The notes under the pieces: generated by a model | What the model was told of the DNA's origin: nothing | What the model saw: the letters and a program-made list of their open reading frames with translations, nothing else | The model's database searches: none | Origin: Mycoplasma sp. CAG:877 | GTDB lineage: Bacteria; Bacillota_I; Bacilli_A; RF39; UBA660 | Direction: 5' to 3' | Assembly: GCA_000433455.1 (NCBI GenBank) | Contig: HF992498.1 | Coordinates: forward strand, 49,922 to 113,921 | Length of the DNA: 64,000 bases | Translations under genes and position numbers: made by a program | Part shown: in pieces, positions 20,147-30,146 of the stretch | Layout of the letters: each line of letters begins with the position of its first letter | Numbering within the stretch: the stretch's first letter is position 1

Positions 20147-20204
20147 ATATTAAATCAAATCTCCATATTATAACAATTATACAATGTTTCAAGCTTTTTA
20201 TCAA

Positions 20205-20232
20205 TAAAAAAGGACTACTTTAAAAGTAATCC
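20205..20232 (-). terminator. Rho-independent terminator after glmS
   Basis: On the minus strand, GGATTACTT-ttaa-AGTAGTCC (one mismatch) is followed by TTTTTTATT. Confidence 0.5.
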
Positions 20233-20241
20233 CAACGTATT

Positions 20242-21993
20242 TTACTCAACTGTTACACTTTTCGCTAAATTTTTTGGTTTATCAATATCACAACCTCTTA
20301 TTTTAGCAACTTCATATGCTATTAATTGTAAACAAGGTACTACTAGTATTGGTTGTAAAAATTCACTAACTCTTGGTACTTTAATTAAATAGTCACACTC
20401 AAACCCATCTTCATTACTAACAACTATTATCATAGCTCCTCTAGCCTTAACTTCACAAATATTAGAAATTGTCTTTTCTCTAATATCATCCTCAGTAACA
20501 ATTGCAAAAACAGGTGTACCTTTATCTATTAAAGAAATAGTTCCATGTTTTAATTCTCCTGCCTGATAAGCCTCACTATGTATATAAGATACTTCTTTTA
20601 GTTTCAAACTTCCCTCTAAAGAAATAGCATAATCAATTTTTCTTCCTATAAAGAATATATCTTCTCTATTACTAATTTTTTTAGCTATTTCCAAATAAAT
20701 ATCTCTTCTATCAATAACCTCTTTTAATAAACGTGGTAATCTCTTCAACTCATCAACTATATCTTTTTTGCCAGCCACTCTACAAGCAAGTAGTGCCATA
20801 ACAGCGACTTGTAAAATATAAGCTTTCGTAGTAGCAACTGCTATTTCAGGACCAGCCTCAATAAATATTTGTCTATCACTTTCTCTAGCAATAGTTGATC
20901 CTTTTACATTAACAATTGCTAAAGTCAAAGCTCCATTTTCCTTAGCTTTCCTCATAGCAGCAATTGTATCAGCTGTCTCTCCTGATTGTGAAATAACTAT
21001 AACTAATGTCTTTCTATCATAAAGAATCTTTTTATAACGATATTCACTAGCAACTTCACATAAAACTCTAATATTAGAATTCTCTTCTAATAAGCTCTTA
21101 CCAATCATACCTGCATACATAGCAGAACCACACGCTACAATATGAATCTCTTCGTATCCACTAACATCAAATATATTATCAAAATTATCTATAAAAGGCT
21201 TTAAAGTCTTCTCAAGTACAACAGGCTCTTCCATTATTTCTTTTAACATATAATGTTCATAACCACACTTTTCTTTAGACTCAGCTGTTAACTCTGTAAC
21301 CAATACTTCTTTTTTTATTTCCTTATCATCTTTAACAACACTAATACCATTAAAATCTAAAGTAACAATTTCATTCTCATCTAATAAAGAATATCTATTA
21401 GTATAATTAATAATAGCCGAAATATCACTTGCTACAAAATATTCTTTATCTCCATACCCAACTATTAAAGGTAAATCTTTTCTAACTGCAAATAACTTAT
21501 CTTGATCCTTAAAAATAATTGCTAAGGCATATGATCCTCTAACATCATTAATAGCCCTCTCAATTGCCATAATTGGATCATTATCATAATAATAATCAAT
21601 TAAAGCAGTTAAAACTTCTGTATCAGTTTCAGTATTAAAAGTAACTCCCTCACTACTTAATTTTTCCTTCAATTCCATAGCATTTTCAATTATACCATTA
21701 TGAACTAATGTAACTCTTCCCACAGTATGAGGATGAGCATTAACCTCAGTAACACCACCATGAGTAGCCCATCTAGTATGAGCAATACCTATATGAGAAT
21801 AAATTAACTTTTCTTTATTAATCTTCTCCTCTAAAGAAGATATTCTTCCTACTTCTTTTATAACCTGAACAGAAGTATCATTTTTTAAAGCAATACCTGC
21901 AGAATCATATCCACGATATTCTAATGTTTTAAGTCCCTCTACAAGTACATCTTTAGGTTCCCTAAAACCTATATAACCTACTATTCCACACAT
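20242..21993 (-). CDS. glmS: Glutamine--fructose-6-phosphate aminotransferase GlmS
   Basis: N-terminal MCGIVGYIG (Ntn amidotransferase Cys), two SIS domains, C-terminal ..KPKNLAKSVTVE. Confidence 0.9.
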   Translation of the reverse strand: MCGIVGYIGFREPKDVLVEGLKTLEYRGYDSAGIALKNDTSVQVIKEVGRISSLEEKINKEKLIYSHIGIAHTRWATHGGVTEVNAHPHTVGRVTLVHNGIIENAMELKEKLSSEGVTFNTETDTEVLTALIDYYYDNDPIMAIERAINDVRGSYALAIIFKDQDKLFAVRKDLPLIVGYGDKEYFVASDISAIINYTNRYSLLDENEIVTLDFNGISVVKDDKEIKKEVLVTELTAESKEKCGYEHYMLKEIMEEPVVLEKTLKPFIDNFDNIFDVSGYEEIHIVACGSAMYAGMIGKSLLEENSNIRVLCEVASEYRYKKILYDRKTLVIVISQSGETADTIAAMRKAKENGALTLAIVNVKGSTIARESDRQIFIEAGPEIAVATTKAYILQVAVMALLACRVAGKKDIVDELKRLPRLLKEVIDRRDIYLEIAKKISNREDIFFIGRKIDYAISLEGSLKLKEVSYIHSEAYQAGELKHGTISLIDKGTPVFAIVTEDDIREKTISNICEVKARGAMIIVVSNEDGFECDYLIKVPRVSEFLQPILVVPCLQLIAYEVAKIRGCDIDKPKNLAKSVTVE

Positions 21994-22004
21994 ACGTAAA
22001 ATCT

Positions 22005-22160
22005 CCTTAATATAAAAATAGTTCTGATATATTTCTTTGTTGTAATCTTGATTTTACTTTTTAAAATATATCTAACGAATAACTTAAATCCGTAGTAGAA
22101 TCCGCCGAATATTTCGATAAACTACTAACCTCGTCATCCTCATAGGATCTGGCGCTCAAA
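22005..22160 (-). ncRNA. glmS ribozyme (GlcN6P-dependent self-cleaving leader)
   Basis: The minus strand reads ..A/GCGCCAGATCC..GATGACGAGGTTAGTAGTTTATCGAAATATTCGGCGGATTCTACTACGG.. This reproduces the conserved AGCGCCAGA, GACGAGG, UAUCGAA and UUCGGCGGAU core blocks. It lies between the promoter and the glmS RBS. Confidence 0.85.
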
Positions 22161-22196
22161 TGAAAAATACAACCTTTCTAATTTCATTCTAATAAT

Positions 22197-22225
22197 ATTA
22201 TATGATATTTAAAAAAAATTGGCAA
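22197..22225 (-). promoter_or_regulatory. SigmaA-type promoter of the glmS leader
   Basis: On the minus strand: TTGCCA (22220-22225), a 17-nt spacer, then TATAAT (22197-22202). Confidence 0.6.
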
Positions 22226-22257
22226 ATCAAATATAAAAGCACAATAAAAGGAAGAAT

Positions 22258-23205
22258 TTAATCTTCCCCTAACTTCTCATATATATCATGACTAGTATTA
22301 TATTCAGCTATCTGATCAGAAAACATTGTATTAAATACTGGTTCAGACTTTCTTTTAACATCTTCATAAATATTCTTACTAGTATCAATAGCAGTCTTTA
22401 TATCCATAATATTAACTTCTCTTCTATTATCAAATAAAGCATTAGAAAACGCATTTTGTACTATAGTTAAAGATACATCTGGATATCTAGACCCAATCTC
22501 ATAAATTCTCTTATACTCACTAGTAATATCCGTAATAAATTCCATTATTTTTCTTTGTACATAAGAAGAATACATTAACTTAGCCCCAGTTCTCTTTTCT
22601 ATCTTTGGTAAAGTACCAATAAGTATTTCTACATTCTCATCTCTAGTAGGTTCTGCTACATCTATCTTTTGAAAACGTCTAACAAAAGCTTTATCTCTTA
22701 AAATATATCTTTCATACTCATCAGTAGTAGTAGCACCAATTACTTTAATATCTCCACGATCAAGAGCCGGTTTAAACATATTAGCAAAGTCTAAAGATTC
22801 ACCCTTACCAACTAAAGTATGTATCTCATCTATAAAAAGTATTAAATTAGTTCTAGACTTTAACTCATCTATTAAAGTCTGTACTTTAGCTTCTCCTGTA
22901 GTTGGATCTACTCCAAGTAAAGCCGATGTATTAACTTTAATAACTTGATAATTACTTAAAGCATCCGGTACTAAACCTTTTTGTATTCTATAAGCAAGTC
23001 CCTCTACTATAGCAGTTTTACCAACACCAGGTTTACCTACTAAGACAGCAGACTTATCAGGGGTAAGTAACGTAAGTATCAAATCCTTTATTTGAGCATC
23101 TCTTCCAATTGCCGGATTAGTAATATAATTTTTATTTAAAAAGTTTTCTCCATACGTATCAAGAATACTAATCCTTTTTGCTTTAATATCAAATTCTTCA
23201 TTCAT
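22258..23205 (-). CDS. Stand-alone Clp/Hsp100 NBD1-like AAA+ ATPase (single module, no N-domain, no NBD2)
   Basis: 315 aa. ..[59 protein letters not shown] mirrors ClpA/B/C NBD1 only. Confidence 0.65.
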   Translation of the reverse strand: MNEEFDIKAKRISILDTYGENFLNKNYITNPAIGRDAQIKDLILTLLTPDKSAVLVGKPGVGKTAIVEGLAYRIQKGLVPDALSNYQVIKVNTSALLGVDPTTGEAKVQTLIDELKSRTNLILFIDEIHTLVGKGESLDFANMFKPALDRGDIKVIGATTTDEYERYILRDKAFVRRFQKIDVAEPTRDENVEILIGTLPKIEKRTGAKLMYSSYVQRKIMEFITDITSEYKRIYEIGSRYPDVSLTIVQNAFSNALFDNRREVNIMDIKTAIDTSKNIYEDVKRKSEPVFNTMFSDQIAEYNTSHDIYEKLGED

Positions 23206-23242
23206 AGTAACATCTCCTAACTACTAAATTATAACATAAAAA

Positions 23243-24112
23243 TTATTTTTTTACATCTATAGGATTAACATGTATAACAGTTAAATACACTTCTGGAATA
23301 TTCTTGTCTATCTCTTTTTCTAATCCATTCGCAATACTATGACTATCAAAAGTAGATAAATCACCATCTACAAATATTGTAAAAGATATCTGATACTTAT
23401 ACCCAACAGGAGTAGCGTTAAAATGATTAACACCTCTAATTTCTTTATGTTTAGATATAATATCATATACTTTATCCCTAGTAATAGTATTCATCGCTTT
23501 ATCCATTAATACATCATAACTCTCTAGAAATATCTTTAAAGCTACAATAAATATCCAAATAGAAATACCTATACCAACAACACTATCTACAAAGTATATT
23601 CCCTCTAAGCTTAACAAACACGCTACTAAGTTCAAACTAGTAATAATACAATCATTTCTATGATCTTTAGCATTAGCTTCTAATAGCAAACTCTTATGTT
23701 TCTTATATACTCCATTGGCATAAATATAAAGTATAAATTTAACTATAATAGTTATAATACATACAACAACTAACCAAATAGAAAAACTAAACTTTTCACC
23801 TAAAAGAATTGTCTTAATAGCTGAAATAATAACTTTTATACTCATTAATCCCATCGCAATACTAATAAACATTGAATAAATATATTCTGCTTTACCATGT
23901 CCTAAATTATGATCATCATCTCTAGGCTTAGAAGCAATTTTATTACCAATAAAAGTCATAATAGATGAAAATATATCTGAAGCACTATTAAATGCATCTG
24001 CAAGCATGGCTTGACTTCCCGTAACAAATCCTACTATAGCTTTAATTATAAGTAAAAAGACATTTCCAATCATCCCCCAAATACTAACTCTTTTAATAGC
24101 CATAAATTTCAT
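23243..24112 (-). CDS. Cation diffusion facilitator (CDF) family transporter
   Basis: Six predicted TM segments, MLADAFNSASD and HGKAEY motifs, and a C-terminal cytoplasmic domain. Confidence 0.75.
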   Translation of the reverse strand: MKFMAIKRVSIWGMIGNVFLLIIKAIVGFVTGSQAMLADAFNSASDIFSSIMTFIGNKIASKPRDDDHNLGHGKAEYIYSMFISIAMGLMSIKVIISAIKTILLGEKFSFSIWLVVVCIITIIVKFILYIYANGVYKKHKSLLLEANAKDHRNDCIITSLNLVACLLSLEGIYFVDSVVGIGISIWIFIVALKIFLESYDVLMDKAMNTITRDKVYDIISKHKEIRGVNHFNATPVGYKYQISFTIFVDGDLSTFDSHSIANGLEKEIDKNIPEVYLTVIHVNPIDVKK

Positions 24113-24181
24113 AAAATTCTCCTCATCTCCAAAGAAAAAAGGAACTTTAGTTCCTAGATTTCTATATTATATGTCAAAGTT

Positions 24182-25303
24182 TTACCTAATACTAGGAAAT
24201 TTTATAATTTCTGCTTTGCTTTCCTGTCCACCACTATCTTGCTTTATATCATAATCATCACGTTTTTCTTCTATAACATCAGCAGAAAATAATTCATTGC
24301 CAACTTTATAAGCAAAATCTAATGCTCTATGTAAAGATAAATTATTTGTTTTTCCAAGTACTGATACATCAATATCTTCAGGATAAGTTTCCATTCTCTT
24401 CTTAAACTCATCTTCACATCCTAATCTAATTGCTGTATATTTTATAACTAAATCTGAATCTATTGAAATAAAATCATCACTAGAACTTAAATAATCAACC
24501 ACTTCATTTGTTAAAACTCTAACTCTATAATCATTAAGTCTCTTCATATAACTATCCCAGCGTACTCCAACACCCATAATATCTTTTTTTAAATCAGCAA
24601 CTAAACTAGGATTAGCCGTAATATAATCAGCTAAAAAAGTATCCATTCCAGCAATAGTATTAATAATAAAACTATTAATACCATTATTTTTAATATCATT
24701 AAAAGAACGACATCTGCGATGAATAAATCTCTCTAAATTCTCACCATCTATATCACTACAATAAAACTCTCTATTAACCATTCTCTTAGCAAAGAAATCT
24801 GTAATTACTTTACTAGAACCATACTGTTCTAATATAAGTAAAAATCCTAAACCTAATTTATCTTTAAACTTAGCCTTATTATATTCAACTAATAAATCCA
24901 CTTTTTCCATTTCTTTAGAATAAGCTAAAGCTGCTCCTATAGTAAATCTATTAGCTTCTTTTTCCATAGTACTAACTAAGAAGTTAATCTCCATACTTCT
25001 AATTCTATCAATTCTCTCGATATCATTTTCTTCTGATTCTCTTTCATTAAGTTTTATTGAATTCAAATAATTACCAGCAACCATTTTTACAAATTCAAAA
25101 TCATCTGAAAAGTCATTAATAACTCCCCATACAAATCCATAATCATGTTTAACTTCATCAGAACAGAGTTCATACATTCTTTTATCTTTTGAAAGCATCA
25201 TGACATATTTCATAAATTCTGGACTATTCTCTAACTCAGAAACATCATAAGGTGTAGTATCTAATCCACTAATATAATTTTGAACTAATTTTACATTAAC
25301 CAA
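24182..25303 (-). CDS. Hypothetical cytoplasmic protein
   Basis: 373-aa ORF with a TTG start behind AGGTGA. No recognisable motif. It is the last gene of the VWA/ABC/cadherin-like gene string. Confidence 0.45.
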   Translation of the reverse strand: MVNVKLVQNYISGLDTTPYDVSELENSPEFMKYVMMLSKDKRMYELCSDEVKHDYGFVWGVINDFSDDFEFVKMVAGNYLNSIKLNERESEENDIERIDRIRSMEINFLVSTMEKEANRFTIGAALAYSKEMEKVDLLVEYNKAKFKDKLGLGFLLILEQYGSSKVITDFFAKRMVNREFYCSDIDGENLERFIHRRCRSFNDIKNNGINSFIINTIAGMDTFLADYITANPSLVADLKKDIMGVGVRWDSYMKRLNDYRVRVLTNEVVDYLSSSDDFISIDSDLVIKYTAIRLGCEDEFKKRMETYPEDIDVSVLGKTNNLSLHRALDFAYKVGNELFSADVIEEKRDDYDIKQDSGGQESKAEIIKFPSIR

Positions 25304-25320
25304 GATATCACCTAATCTTT

Positions 25321-27621
25321 CTATCTTTTACCTTTTTTTCTCTTACTTTTATTATCTACTTTTGGTTCTTCTTTTTTTACTCCCACTTTAACAGCTGATA
25401 ATACTTGTTCTGGAGAAATGACTGTTACATTCATATCTAAAACTTCAGGTTCTTCCTCAACCACTACTGGTGTAGCAGCAACTGTATTAACTACTTGTGA
25501 AACTTCTGGAGCTCCAATATCTTTAGCATCTATTTCTACTTGTTTTTTCTCTGTAACTACAGTAGTATGAGTCTTTTCTTTACTAACATCAAGTTTAGCA
25601 TCACTAGTATTAGCATTATTATTATCAGTAACAACTTCTTCTTTAGGAGTAACTTTTACAGTCTCTAATACATCCTCAGAAGAAATCTTATCCCCAGTAT
25701 TAGCCGTATCAACTTTAGAAGCTTGCTCTAACTCTTGTTGCTTCTTTATTAAATCTATTTTTTCTTTCTCTTGAATTTCTTTTTCTTTTTGTTCTTTTTC
25801 TTTAGCTGCTTTCTCTTGCTCTTCTTTTTCTCTTCTTTGACGTTCTTTTTCAGCTTTAGCCTGTTCTTCTGCTAACTTCTTCTGTCTTTCCTGCTCTTCT
25901 CTAGCTTTTGCTTCTAATTCTTTTCTTTCTTTATCTTTTTGTATTTTCTCTAATCTTTGTTTTTCTTTTTCTACTTTTATTTTTTCTTCTCTTTCTTTCT
26001 CTTCTTTTAATTTAGCTTCTTTTTCTAATCTTAAACGTTCTTTCTCTGCTTTTTCTTGTTCAATTTTAGCAAGTTTCTCAGCTTTTATTTTCTCTTCTAA
26101 TTCTCTTCTTTGTCTTTCACGTTCTTCTTTTTCTTTTAAAGCTTGTTCTCTTTCTTGCTTTTGCTTTTCTTCATTTAAAAGTCTAGCCTTTTCTCTTTCT
26201 TCCCTCTCACGTAAAGCCTTTTCCTTCTCTTCTTTTTTTCTTTCTTCTCTCTCTCTTTTTAATCTTTCTTTTTCAAATCGCTTCTGTTCAGCTTTTTCTC
26301 TTTTTATCTTTTCCATTGCTTCTTTTATTTTCTTTTTATCAGCTTTAATCTTTTCTTCTTTTGCTTTTTTCACTTCATATTCTTCTTGTTTTACAGCTTC
26401 AATTATTTTTAGTTGTAAAGGAACAGTTGCTCCCTTTTTACTATTCTTCATAAGAGTAGCATCTATTGCTGCCCTACCTGCAACAGTACTATTAACATTC
26501 TTCTTATTTTTTCTTTTTCTATTAATTACCAACACCAATACTAAAAATGACGAAAATACAAAAAGTCCTGAAACAATAGTAAGTAATAAGTCATTACTTT
26601 TAACTTCACTAGCTTCCCCAACATAACTAGCATAAATAATATATTTTTTTACACTACCTGCCTCAGACGTAACTTTAATAATAATCGAATCATCCTTACC
26701 AATATTACTATTTCCAGTAATAACAACAGTAGCACTACTATCTTCAGTAATAGCCCTAATATCTAAATAGTTATTTTTAATAGTTCCAATATTATATTCA
26801 AAAACATCACTCGAAAAGTTCAAGTTATAACCATCTATTTTAATATTACTAAGTAAAGCATTATCAGAAAGTAATTTTTCTAACCTTGTAACATTAACTT
26901 TATAACTTAAAACAGTTCCATCTTCCGCAACAACTTCTATTAAAAATTGATTAGCTCCAGTAACTAAAGATAAATTAGTTGGTAATTTAATAGTTGCTTT
27001 ATTATCATTTGCAACAGCATCTATCTTAACAGAACTAACATTACTTGAAACTTCTACATTATATTCATTAATACTTGGATTAAAATTAATATCTATATCA
27101 TTAACAATTAAAGACTTTAATGTTGCATCACTACTCTTAACTGGCTCAACTGGAGTAGGATCAGGTGTTGGTGTAGGATCCGGAGTATTACCAATAACAG
27201 TAATTGAAACACTCTTATTAGGAATAACTGCTACTTCTCCATTATCACTAGTAAATGTTATCCCATTCATATAAAAAGTTCCAACCCCAGAAGCAACAGC
27301 TTTTAAATATACAGTACCCAACTCAAAATTACCAGGATACTTATCAGATGAAGTTAAAGAAAGATTAGGCCACTCACTATTAATCTTCCATATACGTTCC
27401 GCTTTAAAATTAGTAACTATAATATTTCCATCAGAAGTAAGATTAGAAAAAATCTCTGAAACAGTCCCATCAGAATACCCAACAATCTTACATCTAACGT
27501 CATCACCTACATTAACTGTAGTAGAATTACAAGAAAAAGAAATATCCCCTGATAATCCAAGAGTCTTAACAGGAATAAAAAAGCTCAATAATACTATTAC
27601 AAATAAAAACTTTTTCTTCAT
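25321..27621 (-). CDS. Surface protein with cohesin-like and two cadherin-like beta-sandwich domains, TM, and a long E/K/R-rich cytoplasmic tail
   Basis: Signal peptide MKKKFLFVIVLLSFFIPVKTLG (ATG 27621 behind GGAGGAAA). SDATLKSLIVNDIDINFNPSINEYNVEV and NALLSNIKIDGYNLNFSSDVFEYNIG are cadherin-like beta-sandwich repeats. A TM segment (LLLTIVSGLFVFSSFLVLVLVI) is followed by a charged tail of about 220 aa. Confidence 0.65.
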   Translation of the reverse strand: MKKKFLFVIVLLSFFIPVKTLGLSGDISFSCNSTTVNVGDDVRCKIVGYSDGTVSEIFSNLTSDGNIIVTNFKAERIWKINSEWPNLSLTSSDKYPGNFELGTVYLKAVASGVGTFYMNGITFTSDNGEVAVIPNKSVSITVIGNTPDPTPTPDPTPVEPVKSSDATLKSLIVNDIDINFNPSINEYNVEVSSNVSSVKIDAVANDNKATIKLPTNLSLVTGANQFLIEVVAEDGTVLSYKVNVTRLEKLLSDNALLSNIKIDGYNLNFSSDVFEYNIGTIKNNYLDIRAITEDSSATVVITGNSNIGKDDSIIIKVTSEAGSVKKYIIYASYVGEASEVKSNDLLLTIVSGLFVFSSFLVLVLVINRKRKNKKNVNSTVAGRAAIDATLMKNSKKGATVPLQLKIIEAVKQEEYEVKKAKEEKIKADKKKIKEAMEKIKREKAEQKRFEKERLKREREERKKEEKEKALREREEREKARLLNEEKQKQEREQALKEKEERERQRRELEEKIKAEKLAKIEQEKAEKERLRLEKEAKLKEEKEREEKIKVEKEKQRLEKIQKDKERKELEAKAREEQERQKKLAEEQAKAEKERQRREKEEQEKAAKEKEQKEKEIQEKEKIDLIKKQQELEQASKVDTANTGDKISSEDVLETVKVTPKEEVVTDNNNANTSDAKLDVSKEKTHTTVVTEKKQVEIDAKDIGAPEVSQVVNTVAATPVVVEEEPEVLDMNVTVISPEQVLSAVKVGVKKEEPKVDNKSKRKKGKR

Positions 27622-27706
27622 AATATTTCCTCCACAGTCCCCTACCATAAATTTATTATAGCAAAATTTCAAAAAAAAGAATAGTACAAAATACTATTCC
27701 AAAAAT

Positions 27707-29356
27707 TTATTCTAACTCCAATATATTCTTTACAGTAAATTTCTTATTTAATACTAAAACCAATATATTTAATACAAATAATATACTAAATATTATAATT
27801 GCTATAGTATCAATACCATAATTATTCTTATATAAAAAGTAACCTCCTCCTAAGAATAATCCAAATAGTAATAATACAATTACCATTACAATAAAGTTAT
27901 TAGAATTTTCCCTTAAAGCATTTAACTCATCATCCCAAATCAATTTAGGATTAATAGAATCAATAACTATACCTAAGAATGTAACAAATAAAATACATAA
28001 GAAACTAACAAGTACAAAGAATAATATCATCACTAAAGGAAATCCTATACTTACATAGAATATTAGTGCAAATAAATTAAATCCTATAAAAGCAACACTA
28101 ATACTTACTAAAGCTTTAACCATAATTTGTTTATCATATTCTAATGGAACACTCTTCATAAAATCAAAGTTTTTTCCTTCTCTAGAAAATGATGAAGCCG
28201 CAATACTATTAATTGCTGGTAATAGTATTGAAATACTAACTACAAATAATAAAATTATTGTTAAAAAGTCTCCATTACAACTTCTAGCAAGCTTCTCTAA
28301 TTCACAAAAACTAATATCAGAAAATCTAAGTTTATAAATAACATATACTAGTAATGGCCATATAAAATTAATTAAAATACAATTAGAAAAATAAGCAGTC
28401 GTTCTAAATAAAATAGCCATTTCTTTCTTAAAATAAGATAAAACTGGACTTTCTACTTTAATATCATCTAAACTATTACCCTTTTTAGAAGCTGTATCTC
28501 CTACATTTAATCCAACTAGTCCTTTAAAGTATAATCCTTGTGCTAATCCTAAAAATACTAAAACATATAAAATATTAACTAAAATATATAGTAATAAAGA
28601 TGAAATACTACCAGTAGAAATAGTATCTATAAATAAATGAATATGTGGAAATATCCATCTCATCGTATATAATAAACTCTTATCTCCATTAACAAATCTC
28701 TCTATATAAGTATCTATATTAAAATCTGTTAATCCACTTAAAGCATATATTGCTACTAGTAAAAGAGCTACTATAAATCCTAATCCAATCTTTTTAACAG
28801 TCTCTTTATTTTTAATAAACTTTGTAAAACTCATTAACAAGATACTAATAATTCCACAATATATCATTGGTATTAATGGCAAAGTAAACATTCCAAGTAT
28901 TCCTAAAATAAAATAATAAAATTCAATACCTGATCCTAAGTAATAACCTATAACACTAAATACTACTATAATTAACTGCATAAGTGTTTCTGCTATAAAA
29001 GCTGCACTAAATTTAGCGGCTATTATTTTAAATGGTTTTATAGGTAATGGTAATAAATTTTCAACATCACCAGTAAAATAAAATTCATTAAGTATAACAT
29101 TAAATCCAAATATAAAAGAAAATATCGATATAACAATACACATTACTTCAAGTCCAGTAGTAGCGTATCCATACTCTTTTAATACAGCAGTCATAGACAT
29201 AACGAAGAACATACAAATTAATGCAAATGGTAACATTACAAAAAGAATAACAAAACCTACTAGTATTTTATTTATTGTTTTCTTCTTTTTATCATCTGCA
29301 TCTCTCATTGATAAAGATCTAAGAAATACTTTTACTAAAGACAAGTAATTACTCAT
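27707..29356 (-). CDS. ABC exporter permease (multi-TM, putative ABC-exporter family)
   Basis: 549-aa polytopic membrane protein. It overlaps the ATPase gene by 8 nt. Confidence 0.6.
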   Translation of the reverse strand: MSNYLSLVKVFLRSLSMRDADDKKKKTINKILVGFVILFVMLPFALICMFFVMSMTAVLKEYGYATTGLEVMCIVISIFSFIFGFNVILNEFYFTGDVENLLPLPIKPFKIIAAKFSAAFIAETLMQLIIVVFSVIGYYLGSGIEFYYFILGILGMFTLPLIPMIYCGIISILLMSFTKFIKNKETVKKIGLGFIVALLLVAIYALSGLTDFNIDTYIERFVNGDKSLLYTMRWIFPHIHLFIDTISTGSISSLLLYILVNILYVLVFLGLAQGLYFKGLVGLNVGDTASKKGNSLDDIKVESPVLSYFKKEMAILFRTTAYFSNCILINFIWPLLVYVIYKLRFSDISFCELEKLARSCNGDFLTIILLFVVSISILLPAINSIAASSFSREGKNFDFMKSVPLEYDKQIMVKALVSISVAFIGFNLFALIFYVSIGFPLVMILFFVLVSFLCILFVTFLGIVIDSINPKLIWDDELNALRENSNNFIVMVIVLLLFGLFLGGGYFLYKNNYGIDTIAIIIFSILFVLNILVLVLNKKFTVKNILELE

Positions 29357-30071
29357 GTTTAATAACCTCCATAAATAATTCTTCTAAGTCTTTCTTATCA
29401 TATTTATCTTTTAATTCTTTTAGTGTACCAACAAATACTGCCCTACCTTTATCTATAATTGCTATTCTATCACATAACTTTTCTGCTACTTCTAAAACAT
29501 GTGTTGAGAAGAATACTGAGTTTCCTTTATCGGCATGTTCTCTCATCATTTTCTTTAACTCAAAAGCAGACGTTGGATCAAGTCCTATTAAAGGTTCATC
29601 TAATATCCAAACTGCTGGATCATGTACTAAAGCCGCAACTACCATCATCTTTTGTCTCATACCATGAGAATAACTTTGCATAGGCTTATCTAAAACATCA
29701 CTTAGTCCAAATCTATCACCAAATGTCTTAATACGTTCACGTCTTTCCCTTAAAGGAACCTTATAAATGTTTGCTATAAAGTTAATGAACTCCATACCAG
29801 TAAGTTTTAAAAACATATCTGGACTATCCGCAATATACCCAATAATCTGTTTAGCCTTCAAACTATCTTTTACAATATCATATCCATTAACTTTAATAGT
29901 ACCAGTATCAGGTTGTAAAATACCAGTCATCATCTTAATAGTCGTAGTCTTGCCAGCACCATTAAGTCCAATAAAACCAACAATCTCACCATCATCAATA
30001 GTTAAATTTAACTTATCTATTGCTTTAATATTATTATTATAAGTCTTACTAACATTCTTTATCTCTATCAT
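29349..30071 (-). CDS. ABC transporter ATP-binding protein
   Basis: Walker A GLNGAGKTT, signature-like YSHGMRQK, Walker B ILDEPLIGLD. Confidence 0.85.
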   Translation of the reverse strand: MIEIKNVSKTYNNNIKAIDKLNLTIDDGEIVGFIGLNGAGKTTTIKMMTGILQPDTGTIKVNGYDIVKDSLKAKQIIGYIADSPDMFLKLTGMEFINFIANIYKVPLRERRERIKTFGDRFGLSDVLDKPMQSYSHGMRQKMMVVAALVHDPAVWILDEPLIGLDPTSAFELKKMMREHADKGNSVFFSTHVLEVAEKLCDRIAIIDKGRAVFVGTLKELKDKYDKKDLEELFMEVIKHE

Positions 30072-30146
30072 AACAAAAGTCTCCTATAATAAATATAACA
30101 CAAAAGTATAGAAATGAAAAATTATATTAAAAAAATTATTTTATAC

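Noticed and set aside
24113-24181. Possible metal (czcD/NiCo-type) riboswitch upstream of the CDF transporter
   Set aside because: The intergenic region is only ~70 nt. It contains just a short terminator hairpin (AGGAAC-taaa-GTTCCT + T-run) from the upstream gene, which is too short for the riboswitch.
25700-26420. Highly repetitive purine/pyrimidine-skewed tract that looked like a tandem repeat or array
   Set aside because: There is no fixed period and no repeat-spacer structure. It is the coding sequence of the E/K/R-rich tail of the cadherin-like protein.
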